Positions 47,443 to 60,600 of a stretch of 64,000 nucleotides of DNA are shown in pieces. The stretch comes from Halocafeteria seosinensis (taxonomy: Eukaryota). The stretch spans positions 248,001 through 312,000 of the forward strand of contig LVLI01000194.1 in NCBI GenBank assembly GCA_001687465.1. The letters are read 5' to 3'. The position numbers were made by a program, and so were the translations under genes. The notes beneath the pieces were generated by a model. That model did no database searches. It was not told the DNA's origin and saw nothing but the letters and a program-made list of their open reading frames with translations. The number at the start of each line of letters is the position of its first letter. Positions within the stretch are counted from its first letter, which is position 1.

Positions 47443-49094
47443 CTATGGAGACGATATAACGCCTTGCTTTGATTGATACGACTGGTACCTTGTAGGTGAA
47501 TTTCCACCACCGTAAGATCCACCTCCGGGGCGACGTGACGGGGAGCTACCGCCACTGGAAACACTACTGCCGGTAGGAGGGAAAATACGCCGGTGTAATT
47601 CTGAAAGCAAGGATTCATGGGACAGGAGCGTATTCAGAACTTTTTCACGGTCTTTCCCCGAAAAATCCTCATAACTAATACGCTCTTTCTCCTCCTCGGT
47701 AACATGCTCCTCTTCGTCTTCATCCGCTACATCGTCTGGAAGCTTACTGCCCTCCGTACGTCCTCTCATGGCTCGGCGCTTACGCTTGGCAATCTCGGCA
47801 CGAGCATCGTCCACACATTGGAGGAAAAACCTTTCCAATTCCGTTCTACTGCTGACTTCGTTGGCATATTGCCGTCGGACTGTAGATAAATTTCTCTTTT
47901 CTTGTTCCAAGAGTTTCTTGTACTTTTCAATGGTTTCCTTGTACCGTTCTTCTTCCTCATTGCTCATAGCATAACGGGCAGAGTGCCCCTGTTGTTGGCT
48001 CTGAGCCCTCACTTGCTCATACGCTGATTGATGGCGTTCAGCAGTTGCTCGAGCCTGTTGCACTTCCTGCTCTAATGTGTCTATTTCTGAAGAAGCACTA
48101 TCAAGTTCTTGGCGTAACCTCGCATTATCCTTCTTGGCTGCCACAAGCTGGCGAATGAGGTACTCTCGGTCGTCTTCTTGGGTTCTGAACTGAGTCTTTA
48201 ATCGGGAATTTTCTTGGTTTAAAGCTTGATTGTGACGATCAAGCCTATCTGCCATCTCTTTAGCCCATTCAAGCTCTTTCTCCAGTTGCCGGTTTTTCTC
48301 TATCCATACAGCAGCACCATCTTGGGCATTGGACCGCTCTTTTTCTAGTTCGGTCTGCGGAAATAGGTACGCCATGTGTTCGTGCGGAATGAACGACTCA
48401 GAAGAACGAGGGCAATCCGACATACTTGTACATCGAACAAGCGAGCTCGGAACGCACGTAGTAGGTCTCGTTCTTGCTCTTGCAAAATACGCGCGGTTTG
48501 CTCCTGCACATGTTCGACGTTGCCTTGGATATTGCTATGCATTTTCCGTAACCGATTCATGTGCGCTGCTGCAAGCTTATCTGGCGGCATATCCTTCGCA
48601 TTTTTCTGTAGTACATGGATCGCACATTGTCATGGTATCCACAATATATTCCATATCAAAAATAGCAACTTACCCCCTCCAACTCCTGCTCCAGCGCCTC
48701 TATTCGACCTCGATATTCTCGTTCACGGTTAATATAATTCGACTGCATTCACGTAGACACACGCCGCATGTCAATGTAGCATACATTTAGGGTAAAATTT
48801 TGCCCTTGTGAGACCTGAGTTCGTCGTAAAGAGCAGTATAACTGCGATGGAAGCACATACCTGTTTCCGGTCTATATCATCCTGTAGTGAGCGCAGTTGG
48901 CTCTCCTGTTGCACGTCTGTGGTTTCATCACGAAAAGTACTCGTCCCTTGACCTTGTTCTGTGGTGGATGTGTGAGTAGTTGCATGATAATGCCCTGAAA
49001 CAGAGGATTGACGATGGCTTGCTCCCTGCTCCCCGCCGCGAGTGCCGGAGGACGCCGATAGCGGCTGCGCAGAGGGTGATGCTGCTCCTGACAT
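47443..49094 (-). CDS. Uncharacterised coiled-coil protein (C-terminus loosely BBOF1/CCDC176-like), 4 exons
   Basis: In-frame splicing; extended heptads; C-terminal RTELERFFLQCVDDARAEI...DREKVLNTLLS. The family label is tentative. Confidence 0.75.
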
Positions 49095-49332
49095 GGTTCC
49101 ACCACTGCACTATCTCTAATATACCTCTATAAACTCTGTATATCCAACAAATACGCAGGATATAATGGGTTTATAGCCTCGTACAAGTTGTACAATATCC
49201 AAAGTTGAAGTTGGTGCAACGGCGTTAACGGCTATTCCATTGTACACTGTATACAAGGTGAACACCCTTGGTTAATATTTGTCTTGAACTGTTTTCTTTG
49301 GCTATAAAGAGAGAGAGAAAGAGAGAGAAAAA

Positions 49333-51280
49333 ATGCCACCGAAAAAAAAGGACAAGAAGAAAGGGGGGAAAAAGGAGAAAAAGGAGGAAGAGGTCCAGCC
49401 TACGGAATTCGATAATTACACCACAGAGGAGCTAGAAGAGACTATTAGGGACTATGAGCAGAGGCTGGACAAGGCCCAGAGGGACAGGAACCAGATCCAA
49501 ATCGACCGGGATACCGTGCAGTCGTTTTTTGACGTGACCAAAGAGGAACTGGAAGAAATCAAATTGGCGACATTAGCCAAAGATAGAGAAATTGAGGTGA
49601 GTTGTGGCAGTAAGGCTGGAAAAGAATGAAGCGTAATGTTTTGTGGGAGATCCGACGTTGGCTCACCGTCCTTCATGTATGCCTCTGTACAGAGTGCCGA
49701 AGAGAACCACAAAGCGGAAGTTCGAGTGTACTCTCAGAAAGTGCGTCATCTGGAATATGAACATTCGAATAACATGAGAGAAATTGACGAAGCTGCGCAA
49801 GAGGAATATAAAGGGGAAGATCAGTATCATGACACGTAAGCAATTATCCCGTCTTGGCATTTTTTCTTGTACTGTGATGTAACGTACATCTGCAGTCAAA
49901 TTGACGAGCTACGCAAGAAAAAAATATCCCTAAAAGAGCAACTTTCTGAGCAAGAAAATGCGCATGCTGAGGAGGTACAAAGCTTGAAATCAAGCCACGA
50001 TAAATACATTTACAGTTTGCGTCAAGCCTTTGACAAACACATGAGCGAACTAAATGGAAGGTTCGTGATACGTACAGCCATGCCTGTCGGATTGTCACGT
50101 GCACTGTGCTTGCTTGCTAAGCAGATACCAAGAAAGATTAGATAAACTGATCCACGATCTTGAGCTACGGCGCAAGGTGGAATTGCACGAAGTGGAAGAA
50201 AGAAAGAACGAACATATAAACGACTTAATTCGCAATCACGAACGACAGTTCACCAAGATGAAGGTGTGCCTTGATTCGATATAAGTTACCAACCAATGGA
50301 TAGCGGGAGAACCTCGTTCGTTGACTTTCTTGTGTACAGGACTTTTACAACGATATCACGCGAAAGAATTTGAAGACAATATCTGATCTGAAATCCCAGA
50401 TTAAGGACATGAACGAGAAACAAGTCCGTATCGACGCCCAATGGTTGTTTGGCACATATGTGTTACCAATGCCGTGTTTTTGGTTTGCAGGTGGCTAACC
50501 AATCCTTGATGGTTGATATTGCTGAGGAGAATAAGAGACTTGCTGATCCCCTAACAGTGGCCACGGCTGAAGTGCAGAGCTTGAAAGCTGATCTGCGCGA
50601 TGCCGAAAAGGACCGGTTGGCCTTAAAAAATGCACGTGCTAGACATAAAGTAAGTGCATTAGAATATGTATTTCTGCGTGTTTGCGTCTGACACTGCCAA
50701 TTGCCCGGTTTACACTTCTGCAGGGGTTGGCTAAAGAAATACATGACCTAAGGAACAAACACGACCAGACAGAAGCGGAATACGAAAAGCTTGAGAAGGA
50801 ACGGGATGAACTATATTCCAAGTTCGAAGATGCGATTAGAACGGTGCAAGATCGAGTTGAATTCCGCAACAAACTACTGGAACAGAAATTGGATGCTATT
50901 GCCGAGGAGCATGAAAACAAATCAGCACAATTGCAAGAGGTTATCTCTGCTGCCGAACTCGATCCATCCGCATTAGAAATGGTGAACGAGCGCCTTGATA
51001 GTATTCTTGGTGAACGTAGCCGTATGCTAAAGGACTTACAGTATCAGGTAGGTTGTCCATCACGGTCACAATATCTTGGACACGTATGTACAAGTGGATG
51101 GTGGCTATCCATGACTTACAGGTTGCACGCGTAACGAAAGCACACAATGATGCTTTGCGAGTATATGAAGCGAAACTGCAGGACATGGGAATTGACACCA
51201 GTAAGCTGGGTCATAAGCCGCTACCCACTAGTGCTGGGTTGGGCCCTGCCGGCTTGGTTGCTCGGTCGACGTTTAAGTGA
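49333..51280 (+). CDS. GAS8: Dynein regulatory complex subunit 4 (GAS8/trypanin)
   Basis: [77 protein letters not shown] and VTKAHND. Confidence 0.95.
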
Positions 51281-51302
51281 AGCAAGAGGTTTGACTTGTG
51301 TC

Positions 51303-53198
51303 TCATTCTTGCGATTTCTCTATAGCTATAAGAGACATTTGTTTCCAGTCTATCCCGAGCAAGTACACAATCTGGCTGGCGGTAGCGACGCTCGCACCCA
51401 GTGTTTCGCCGTACCAAATGCCGGGCAATTTTAGGGCAGCCACAATCGCTAGAGTGTATGCTAAAGGCAACCCCACTATCCAATAGGCTATGAAATTGAA
51501 GAGCGCTCCTAGATTCTGTTTCCCCATGCCGCGCATGATACCTGCTAGCACACACTGCTGAGCATCTACAAAATTAAAGAGAGCCATCAAGGGCAAGAAG
51601 TGAGCGACCATTGATTTCACAGTTCCATCGCTACTGAAGACAGAACCCCAGAAATCTTTTACTGAAAAAACAAATGCAACATTAACGATGGAATATACCA
51701 GGCCCATTAGAATGCTAACAAAAGCTGTACGCTTGCTGTCCACTATCCTTCCATCACCAAGAGCTTGTCCAACACGAACGCTTGCAGCTATTGATATCCC
51801 TAGAGGCACGTTAAAACTGATATTTGCCGTCAGGGCTAAGATAGAATGCGTTGCCAGTGTATCAGTTGAAATTAAACCGGCAATGATCGACAGTATTTCA
51901 AATGCCCCCCACTGCAGACATACAGAGTAACATGGTTTAATTAGCAACGATAGAGATATTATTCAAAACCCACGAACCTCTAGAGAAGTCTGGGCCGCTC
52001 CGGGAAATGCCAAGGCTGCAAACTCCTTCCAATTCTTGAATGCCTCCTTCCAATGCCACCCTGTCCATGTTTTACCTATAACTTTTTCTTCTTCACTGAA
52101 ATCCCTGTCACCGTTTGTGTCGCCATTAATCAGTCCCGAGGATTCTTCATCAGAGTCTCCTTCCGACCTCTCTCCAGGAGAACAGAGGGTTTGTGTTTGC
52201 CGTTCAGAGTCTAGCAAAATATAGTCACTGGAAAGCGATCTACCTGCACGGTTGAGAGGCAGTTCCTCCACCTTAATTTGTTGGCACTGATTGAATTCCC
52301 CTTGTGTTATTTCTGTTATTTCTTTCCTTCTCACCCAAATATACACCGCTAGAGAGGTAAACATCAGCCACTGGGCTACGCTGGTAGCCAGAGGGGCGCC
52401 GTAGAACCCGAGAGATGAATGATACACCAGTGTGTACGCAAGGATAACGTTACACACCACACCAATAATAGCTGATACCAGCGGGAAGAACACCTTGTTT
52501 TCCGTTTGCAAAAACCGTTTAAGTACTTCAAACATTACAACAGGCCACAATCCTATCATCATGTAGCGGATGTATGCTTCTGCCAAATCTACTGTTTCTT
52601 TTTCTTGGCCCAAATGTATCAACAATTGGCCTGCACCAGCAAATGCAAATACCCCATCAGGTACTGGAGGCAACCACAATGCTTCTTCTTTTTCTTTAGC
52701 ATACCCGCAAACCACCATAGAATAGACAAAGGGAGCACTGCAACGAGAGTCAGAAAGCATGCCCCTCGCAACGTTACAATCCCTACCCGTTCAAACTTCT
52801 TGGCACCGAATGCTTGAGACCCCAAAGTGCCTACCGCAGTAGTCATGCCGGTAGCAATAGAAATACCAGTGCAGTTTGTCCACATGCTTCCTAAAGCTGC
52901 GCAAGAGACCACCATATAAGTTCAATTGTGGAGGAAACAATGTCGTATCTTACAAGCTGCAGCCAATTCAGTCGCACCAAGGTGTCCCACAACAAGGGTA
53001 TTAGCTATTTGGAGGGAAAGCTGCAGGAGCGGGGAAAACAAATTCCTTTCGATTGATCGCACAGCGGATCCAAATTTACCCATGTATTACCTCGAGAGCG
53101 TACGTGAGCATGATGGGTCCTGCCAACTGAAATATTTGGCGGCATTCCCACCAAGCAGCCTTTCGCTCGTTGGAGTCTTTGCATATTGGAAACCACAT
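51303..53198 (-). CDS. MATE family efflux transporter (copy 1)
   Basis: IFQLAGPIMLTYALE|LSLQIANTLVVGHLGATELAAA|SLGSMW, TLGSQAFGAK, KRFLQ, LE|WGAFEIL, ASVRVGQALG and GIMRGMGKQ. The start is inferred (MWFPICK). Confidence 0.92.
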
Positions 53199-54287
53199 TT
53201 CCGTAGGCCTCTTTGAGTGTGGTTGTACTACCCAATTCCAGTAGAGTCTATTGTCAATTCTTCCTGTGGCAACATGCTCCTCGTAGGCTGTAATTCCACC
53301 ACGGACTCTGCAGCACCAAAGAAGAGATAGAAAATGTCATCTTCCCTCGAGAGAAACTGAAATCCTGTGAGAGGGGCAGCACACACAATTTCGTGCGCAT
53401 CTCCCTTCTGGAAGAGATTATATATACTATCCCCAGATTTTGACTCTCAAACACTACTTTATAAAAAAAAAAGTGTCAAGAAACACGTCTGGGACAATGG
53501 ACAGGGCTCATTTCAGCAGGAATCCAGGACGGTCAGAATTGCAGAACACATATATGTATTGTGATCAGTGCATACGTGATAATGCTCACAAAGAACGCAG
53601 CATATAAAGGTATCCTCATTCCGTCCTCTTTTTTTTCTTTTTTTGGCTTCCTGCAGACCCCCAAAAGCCCTTTTCCATGGCTTTCCCACCCTGACCCATG
53701 CACACTCTATGTTGGATTACATGTGTGCATGTACGTACTTGGTGAAACTGAGTGGAAGAGCGCGAATTAGACAGCAATGGGCCTTGTATAGGGCATTTTC
53801 ACCCCTGAAAGGCCCCGGGGTCCTTCAGCTTCTCCAACCATACAATATGGAACCCTACAACCACTAGTGGTGGTAGTCTAACGTACTAAAAATCATGGCG
53901 TTGTACAGCAATTTATCACTCTTATGGATCAATACAATGAAATGTGACGGCATGGACTGACTCTTGGACAGAGCGGAGTTAGGTATCACACGATTCCCTG
54001 TGGAATCCTTTGCTTCATTTAAAATAATCTACTTTTGATTCTAGAGGAGAGCATTTCGCAGGAATCACTAGTTTCGAACCCGGTGTTAGAATGCTCTAGA
54101 TTTCTCGCCTTGCGATGCCACAGATCCCTTCACGTACGAAGTTATGGTAGGTGCGTCTAAACATGCTATTCGTCTCCATCGATTCGGCCACAAACGGTGC
54201 GTAGTCCCTCCTGAAGGCATCAGGGGAAGAGTGACATCTCATTCTAGTTTCTGCCGCCTTCGCTTGACAGGGGGCATAGTTTCAAAG

Positions 54288-54288
<1 letters not shown>

Positions 54289-54340
<52 letters not shown>
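54289..54340. repeat. (CA)26 microsatellite
   Basis: Perfect CA dinucleotide run of 52 nt between the two MATE genes. Confidence 0.98.
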
Positions 54341-54342
<2 letters not shown>

Positions 54343-54521
54343 GGCACGGGAAACAAAGAGTTCCGACATTCGTGCAAACCTATTTTCCCGAAACCGCGTT
54401 TCCGGAGATCTGTCCAGCCATTCCCGCTTTGTACTGGCCATTTTAATTCCATGCGCTGCAGTCTTTGGCTGAAGCTCCACGTTCTTAACAATGCCCCATC
54501 CACTTGAAACTTCTCCCCGGA

Positions 54522-56420
54522 TCACGAGTCCTCTTCTTTCCTACGCTTCTCATCGTCTTCTTCTTGTTTACGTGTTGCAGCAGAGCGATGAAGCGCCTGT
54601 CGTGAAAGTCTCTGCCAGTTCTGAAGAGCAACTGTCAGTGACAACAGGACAGAGGCAGTTGCAGCTCCAATTGTTGCTCCGCCCCAGACGCCAGATAGTC
54701 CTAACTCCTCCGGTAGAGCCAAGGCATATGCTACAGGCAAGCCAATGATACAATAGGAGAAAAAATTAATCGTAGCTCCGAGGGCTTGTCTTCCCACTCC
54801 CCGGAGTACACCCGACAGAACACATTGGTTCGCATCGAAAAGGTTGAAAACTGCTAGGACCGGAAGAGTCTTTGCAGTCAAGGCTACCACACTCTCTTGA
54901 GAGGAAAATATAAATGCCCAATACTTGCGGCATCCAATCACGACTATGCCATTCAAGATGGAGTACATAATTCCCAAAACGTATCCAATCAACGTAGACT
55001 CCTTAGCGTCTTTCGGCCGCTGGTCTCCGATTGCGTGTCCCACGCGGATACCGACGGCAACCGACAGACCAAGAGGAAACATGAACATAGCTCCTCCACT
55101 CATTGACAATATAGAGTGAGTGGCTAGTGCAGTTGTTCCAACCATTCCCGATATTAATGCCAACACCTCGAACGTCCCCCACTGCAACAAGCAAAAATGG
55201 ATGTGAGCGCAACTCTCTTAACGTATAACACGGTGGAGGAACCAACCTCGATTGTTAACTGAATAGCTCCGGGGAGTGCCAAAAGCGTAAATTCCTTCCA
55301 TCCGGAAAATGCTTCACGGGCTGAAAAGCCTTGCCACGTGCGGCCGCTAAGCACCTTTTCCACCGAACCATCGTCTTCACTTGATTTGACGCCTTCTTCC
55401 TTTGCTTTACTATTCAAAGCAATCCTTTCATTGTAGGAACAATCATCCTCTTGGGTCCCATTTTTCCATCCCTCATGGTCTTCTGTACCTTGTGAGACAT
55501 CCTCAATGTCTTCGAAAAGCTCGTCCCCCCCAGCAATAGCGAATGATGCGCCTTCATTTTGTTTGTCCGGATTACCACTGCCTCGAATATCGCTTTCTTC
55601 GGAGTTTTCATATACTTCAGTGACATAATCATAATATATCCACATGTAAAGCATCATTGCGAAAAACATTATCCATTCCGCCAGAGCAAGTGCTAGAGGA
55701 GCGCCATAGAAACCTAGAGTCGTGTGAAAGACGAGGATATAGGCTAATACTGCATTCGCCACAATACCTACACCGACGGCAATCATCGGTGGTACAGTCA
55801 GGTTTTGTACTTGGAGAAACTTTTTGGCTACTGTACACACACACACACACACCATCTTGATGACGACCAGACTACGTGCCCGAGCACCACGCACCTTCGA
55901 ACATCACCAGTGGCCACAAACCAAGAATAGATATTTTGACATAATCCTCTGCATAATCTACCGTCTCTGGATCCTGTTTCAAGTGACGCATTATACCTCC
56001 TGCAGACGCTCAGACAGTCTAAATGGATAAGTGCTAAGAACCAGTTCGCGATGAACACGTACCTCCGAACCACCAAAGAATTCCAACCGGCAGACACAAT
56101 ACCGTGAGGTAGACAGCTCCTCTCTGAACGATTACACCAACTCGGCGATAATTATTCGCGCCAAACGCTTGTGCGGCGAGTGTATCAATGGCTGTAGCCA
56201 TGCCTAGAGTCACCGCGATGCCTGTAAAGTTGCTATACATGTTGCCCAGAGCCGCCGCTGCGAGGCCTCTCTCCTCCATTCCCGGGGCATGTCCGATGAC
56301 AAACATATTCACTAACTGAAGAAAGTACTGTAGAATGAACGTGGCCATCACAGGCCATCCTACACGCATTATAGCGAGGGACTCTGTCGTCCACCGATGG
56401 TGTTTCACAGTCTCCCACAT
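54522..56420 (-). CDS. MATE family efflux transporter (copy 2)
   Basis: LAAAALGNMY, AIDTLAAQAFGA, KKFLQVQ, IE|WGTFEVL, GIRVGHAIG and SGVLRGVGRQ; 4 exons in frame. Confidence 0.94.
55835..55852. repeat. (AC)9 microsatellite inside a MATE intron, next to the splice acceptor
   Basis: The minus strand reads (GT)9 followed directly by ACAG|TAGCC. Confidence 0.9.
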
Positions 56421-57618
56421 GGTTCTAGTATGCTTTTTCGCCTAATACATAGAGATTCTAGCATTCTTGTAGCTTCTAGACGACACACACGAATTCTACC
56501 AATCGGCACTCACGGCAAACATGCAACTGTATAGCACAATACCGTCTGTAGAACCTTTCTGACGAAGCTCAACTTCACAAAGATGCAGAGACAAATTTGG
56601 TTGTACAGTAGTTGCTTGATAGGACCTCGGGATACTCCAGCAAAAAACATCATCAATAGGAGGCGACTCTGGGGATGGTCAAAGCTCAACAAAGTTGCCA
56701 TGAGTCCAAGGGAAAGCTGGTGCGCGTCGTCGTATTTCCCTCCCTCACGTTCCTGATGCATCCAGAAAAGACGAAGCAATTTTGAGTCTTCTGCCAGTTT
56801 CGGGCTGCTCTGAGTCACTGACAAAGTTTTACTCTTCCCTGGGGATGCATATGTACACACAAATTACCACTGCACAGAGGATGCGGTCGGCGGGTGGGCT
56901 ATCTGCCGCATATATGTGTGTCTACACACTGAGTGTGCAACCCCATGAACCAGGACCGTACCATACAAACTTCCTCCCTGACTTCTTATCAGCCGTCTCT
57001 ATAGTAAAGCGGGGAGAAAATATATCGTGAGTTTCGCCCCGTAACCATACTGTACCATGTATCGTCCTCCGGACAATGTACAAACAGTCTAGTCAACAGT
57101 CTAGTCAACAATGTCGACTCAATGAATCGTCAAAGTTGCTTCCTGTCAACAAATTCCACAGCACCCAGTCACGTTTTCGTTGTTCCGATGCTTTGTAACG
57201 GGGATCCCTCTCCCGTTTGTAATATCTGGACCCATACCTATGTCTGACCAGTACCACATGATTTGATCACTCGGGCGCGCTCGTTGGTGCGGAAAACGAG
57301 AATTAAAAAAAAAAAAAGCTTCAAATTTCAAAAAAGAAAGTGGGAAATTCGTCTTTTTACGGGGCATTAACACTCCTTTCTTGATATGTGTAGAGTGTCG
57401 TTTCCCCTCATCACCATGTACGTGCTTTATGTCAACATCGTCATATACACAGTGATAGAGGGTAGTGTACAGAATTAGGGGACGAATTCCCCCTTGAGGA
57501 CAAGAAGATGTCATCTTCTTTGGCTCCAAATGAAGCGAATAATGGCTCTAACAGAGGCCTTACCCCAAATGCACATAGTTACATAGCTTCACGTCATAGC
57601 GATGCGTCAGGAGGCGCT

Positions 57619-60600
57619 ATGTCGGAATCAGAAAAGGCCCCAAAACGCCAGGAACATGGAGGGAAACCAGAGGGAAACGAGAGGAAAACACCTCCCATTT
57701 TCAGGCGCATACCTTCCGATACGAAAGCGTTTACTATATGGATAGATCCCCAGTTATTCAAGAAGTCCTCAATGGAAAGCAGCAGTTCAATGAATGCGTC
57801 AGAATGGAGGAATAAAGCCACGTCTGCCTCAGGCAGTCGCGGAGGGGTCTTATCTGGGAGGGCCTCCGCTGTCGCGAACCGTCGTCAGGGTCGATCTATG
57901 CATGGAACTTGGACCAAAGATGATATAGATAGACTACAACAGCTTCATAATGCAGTAATGGAGCAAGCTGCAAAACAGGGGGCGCAGCTGCTGCAGCTGG
58001 GAGACCGTAAGGGTCGATTCCATGAAGTCGCGAAGCCCGTAAGCTTGATTCGTTTTTTCCCTTCCCCTACTTGACCACACTCATGAAATTTCTAGCGACG
58101 TTGACACAGGGAACTAAGTGGATTCGAACTTCTCTAGGTGAATTACTTCATGTGATGATCTTCGATGACGAGAGTTACCAGTAAGTGCTGCCCTGTGGCC
58201 TCTTAGTTGGAGCTCTTGCGTGATCTGCCTGATTTCACGTTTGTTCCAGAGCGCTTCTGGCGTCCTCAGACGAAAACGGGAAGGATGACACTGCTAGTTA
58301 TGTATCTCACCAGCACGAAAAGAGAGACGCTAAACGAGAGGATGATTGCTTGAGTACAGAAGGAGCCCAAAGTAATGCATCCTCGCTTCTGGCCAGCGGT
58401 CCCTCACAACAGGCAAATGGCTCGCACTCTACCGACCCCAATTCTGGACTTATTGAAAAATATGGAAGATCCTTGACGGAGACAACTGACGGGCACAAGT
58501 GTGGCACAGGCTCGCAGAATGTGGCAAAGTCAAATAGACTTCAAGCAGCGGTAAGTGACTGTTTCTGTGCTTACAGCATAAGAGACATTTTCAGTGCATT
58601 GTAGCATTGCAGCAAAGTGAGCATAGAGTTTCAAGTGGTCAAGCCGGTAGGCGGGCTTTATTGAAGCAAGAAATAGCCGAGATCGGTCAGAGGAAAGTAC
58701 TTTGGCCAGATTCGGCTACACCGCGAACATCTTCTCAACTGCGATCCGCTTGGCAACTCGCCGCGCAAAAAGACATTTATGTTGCTTCCCTCGCTGGATA
58801 CTGGAAGTATATATCTGCCAGAGCACAGAGAATGGGTCTCCTTGCCAGCAACGAGGAGAAGTATGCAAGCATCAGAAAAAATAGCAAGAAGTCATCCTCG
58901 AATCCAGCTACCTCGTTACCGTCTAATCTGCCTTCGTCGGATGTGCATTCTTCGGTCTTTGACTTGAGTGGATGGTTTTACCCCGTTGTGCATGTGAGTA
59001 TTAGACTACAATACTGGTCTTCGTAATTCAAGGGTGTTGAACTATTAGGGTGTTGAATGCAGGACTATATGCGGTCCAAATTCGAACGACCAAACTTTCC
59101 AGGGCTCGGCTCCACCTATCCGATGCTTCATTCACTTTTTCCAGAAGTGGAGAAGCATCCTCATTGTCCGTTTATCCCCTTAGCCGAAGTAGCTTTCAAG
59201 AAGAAAAAAGCTTCGACCCACAGGGGCAAGAGTCAGGTCCCTAGCGGGCCCCCAAAAGATTGTACAAAATCTTCAAAAATGTCCAGTCGCCGTAAGAAGT
59301 CTGCGACTTCTGGACCTCCAACTCACACAACGGGAAACGTTGAACCTCGCGCATCGAATAAAGACAAGAAGGAAGATACAACTGAATCGGGACTCGGAAA
59401 GGTGAGTGAAGTGCAGTACAGAGAGATTTCAGACAGTTCCCGGATGGAAGAAAAGGAAGTTAGAGACGCTGACGAACATGCAAAAGTTCACATGGATGCC
59501 AATGCCGCTGCGTTGAAGGCAAAGACCCCAAAGCGAGCTCATGCCCAAGATGATGGCGTCTCTATAGGTACACCTCGCCGTTGCGAACTTTGCGGACAGT
59601 CCTTCAAAGATCGAAAGAAGCATATGTTAGACCCGCTGCACGCACAAAAGGTTTCTGAACTATCATTTTCATCTTTGAAGACTTACTTTTCGAAGCATGG
59701 ATGGACCCCGAGATACACTCCAGGCGACACTTTCACAGCGGCTGACAACGAACAGAAACACCAACATACCATGGGATTTTTGCGAGGAGCCTTACCCATT
59801 GATCCGGCTGTGTACGTTCTGTCGGAGTCTGGAGACCAGGTAGATACCCTAGTGAAGGAACCATACGCGTGTGCTTACAAGCGAAGCAGCGCAGAGTGGG
59901 CAGTCTTACTTGAGACCCTGTCGAACTGGCTTTCAGACGGACACGCCGCTACGGAGGTACGACATAGTATTGACTGCATGCGGCGCTCATGTTTTCGAAC
60001 TTCGTATGAATGGATAGCTGAGTACTCGACTGAAGTGCGTACCGAAAATGTACCAAGGAATTCTGCCGCAGAAAGCCAGGGCATAACCGCTTCGGCAACT
60101 ACGCATGATGAGAATGAACAATTCACATATAGCAACACAGCCTCTAAGGTTCATACTCGGCTAGAAGAGAAGCCGACCACGTTCCAGGTCTCAGCAACTG
60201 CTGCTGAGTATAACGACAGAGAATGCATGAGTGATGTTCAAAGTGCAACCGTGAATACTAGAACACAACATTCAACGTTGGAGCACGATCCGCTGCGAAT
60301 GGGTAGCCATGCATTTAGTGGGGAGCATTGTACAAACTTTACTGGGAAAAGCGGATTAATCAATGGAAATGAGCACGTAGTTGACGAAGCAACCGAAGAA
60401 TCCATCGGACCGCCTCATGGGAACGCAGCATCTGAGATTCAGACGCACTCGAACGAAAAGCCGAATGCGCCGTACCAATCGACTGTAGATGCTGATACCA
60501 CTACGCAGGCACTTTCGCGTCAGGGAAACGCAAGTCAGGAGGATGACTGTGTGACGGACACCGCAGCACTTTCAACGATAGTCAACAGCCAAAATCTCAG

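Noticed and set aside
54045..54100. tRNA-like element (GGTTCGAAAC on the minus strand inside an AGAGCATT/AATGCTCT stem)
   Set aside because: It is too short and has no D-arm or anticodon arm, and the T-stem is mismatched. At most it is a chance or decayed B-box.
54144..54525. ORFs with HTHTHT / VCVCVC repeats suggesting metal-binding peptides
   Set aside because: They are translation artefacts of the (CA)26 microsatellite.
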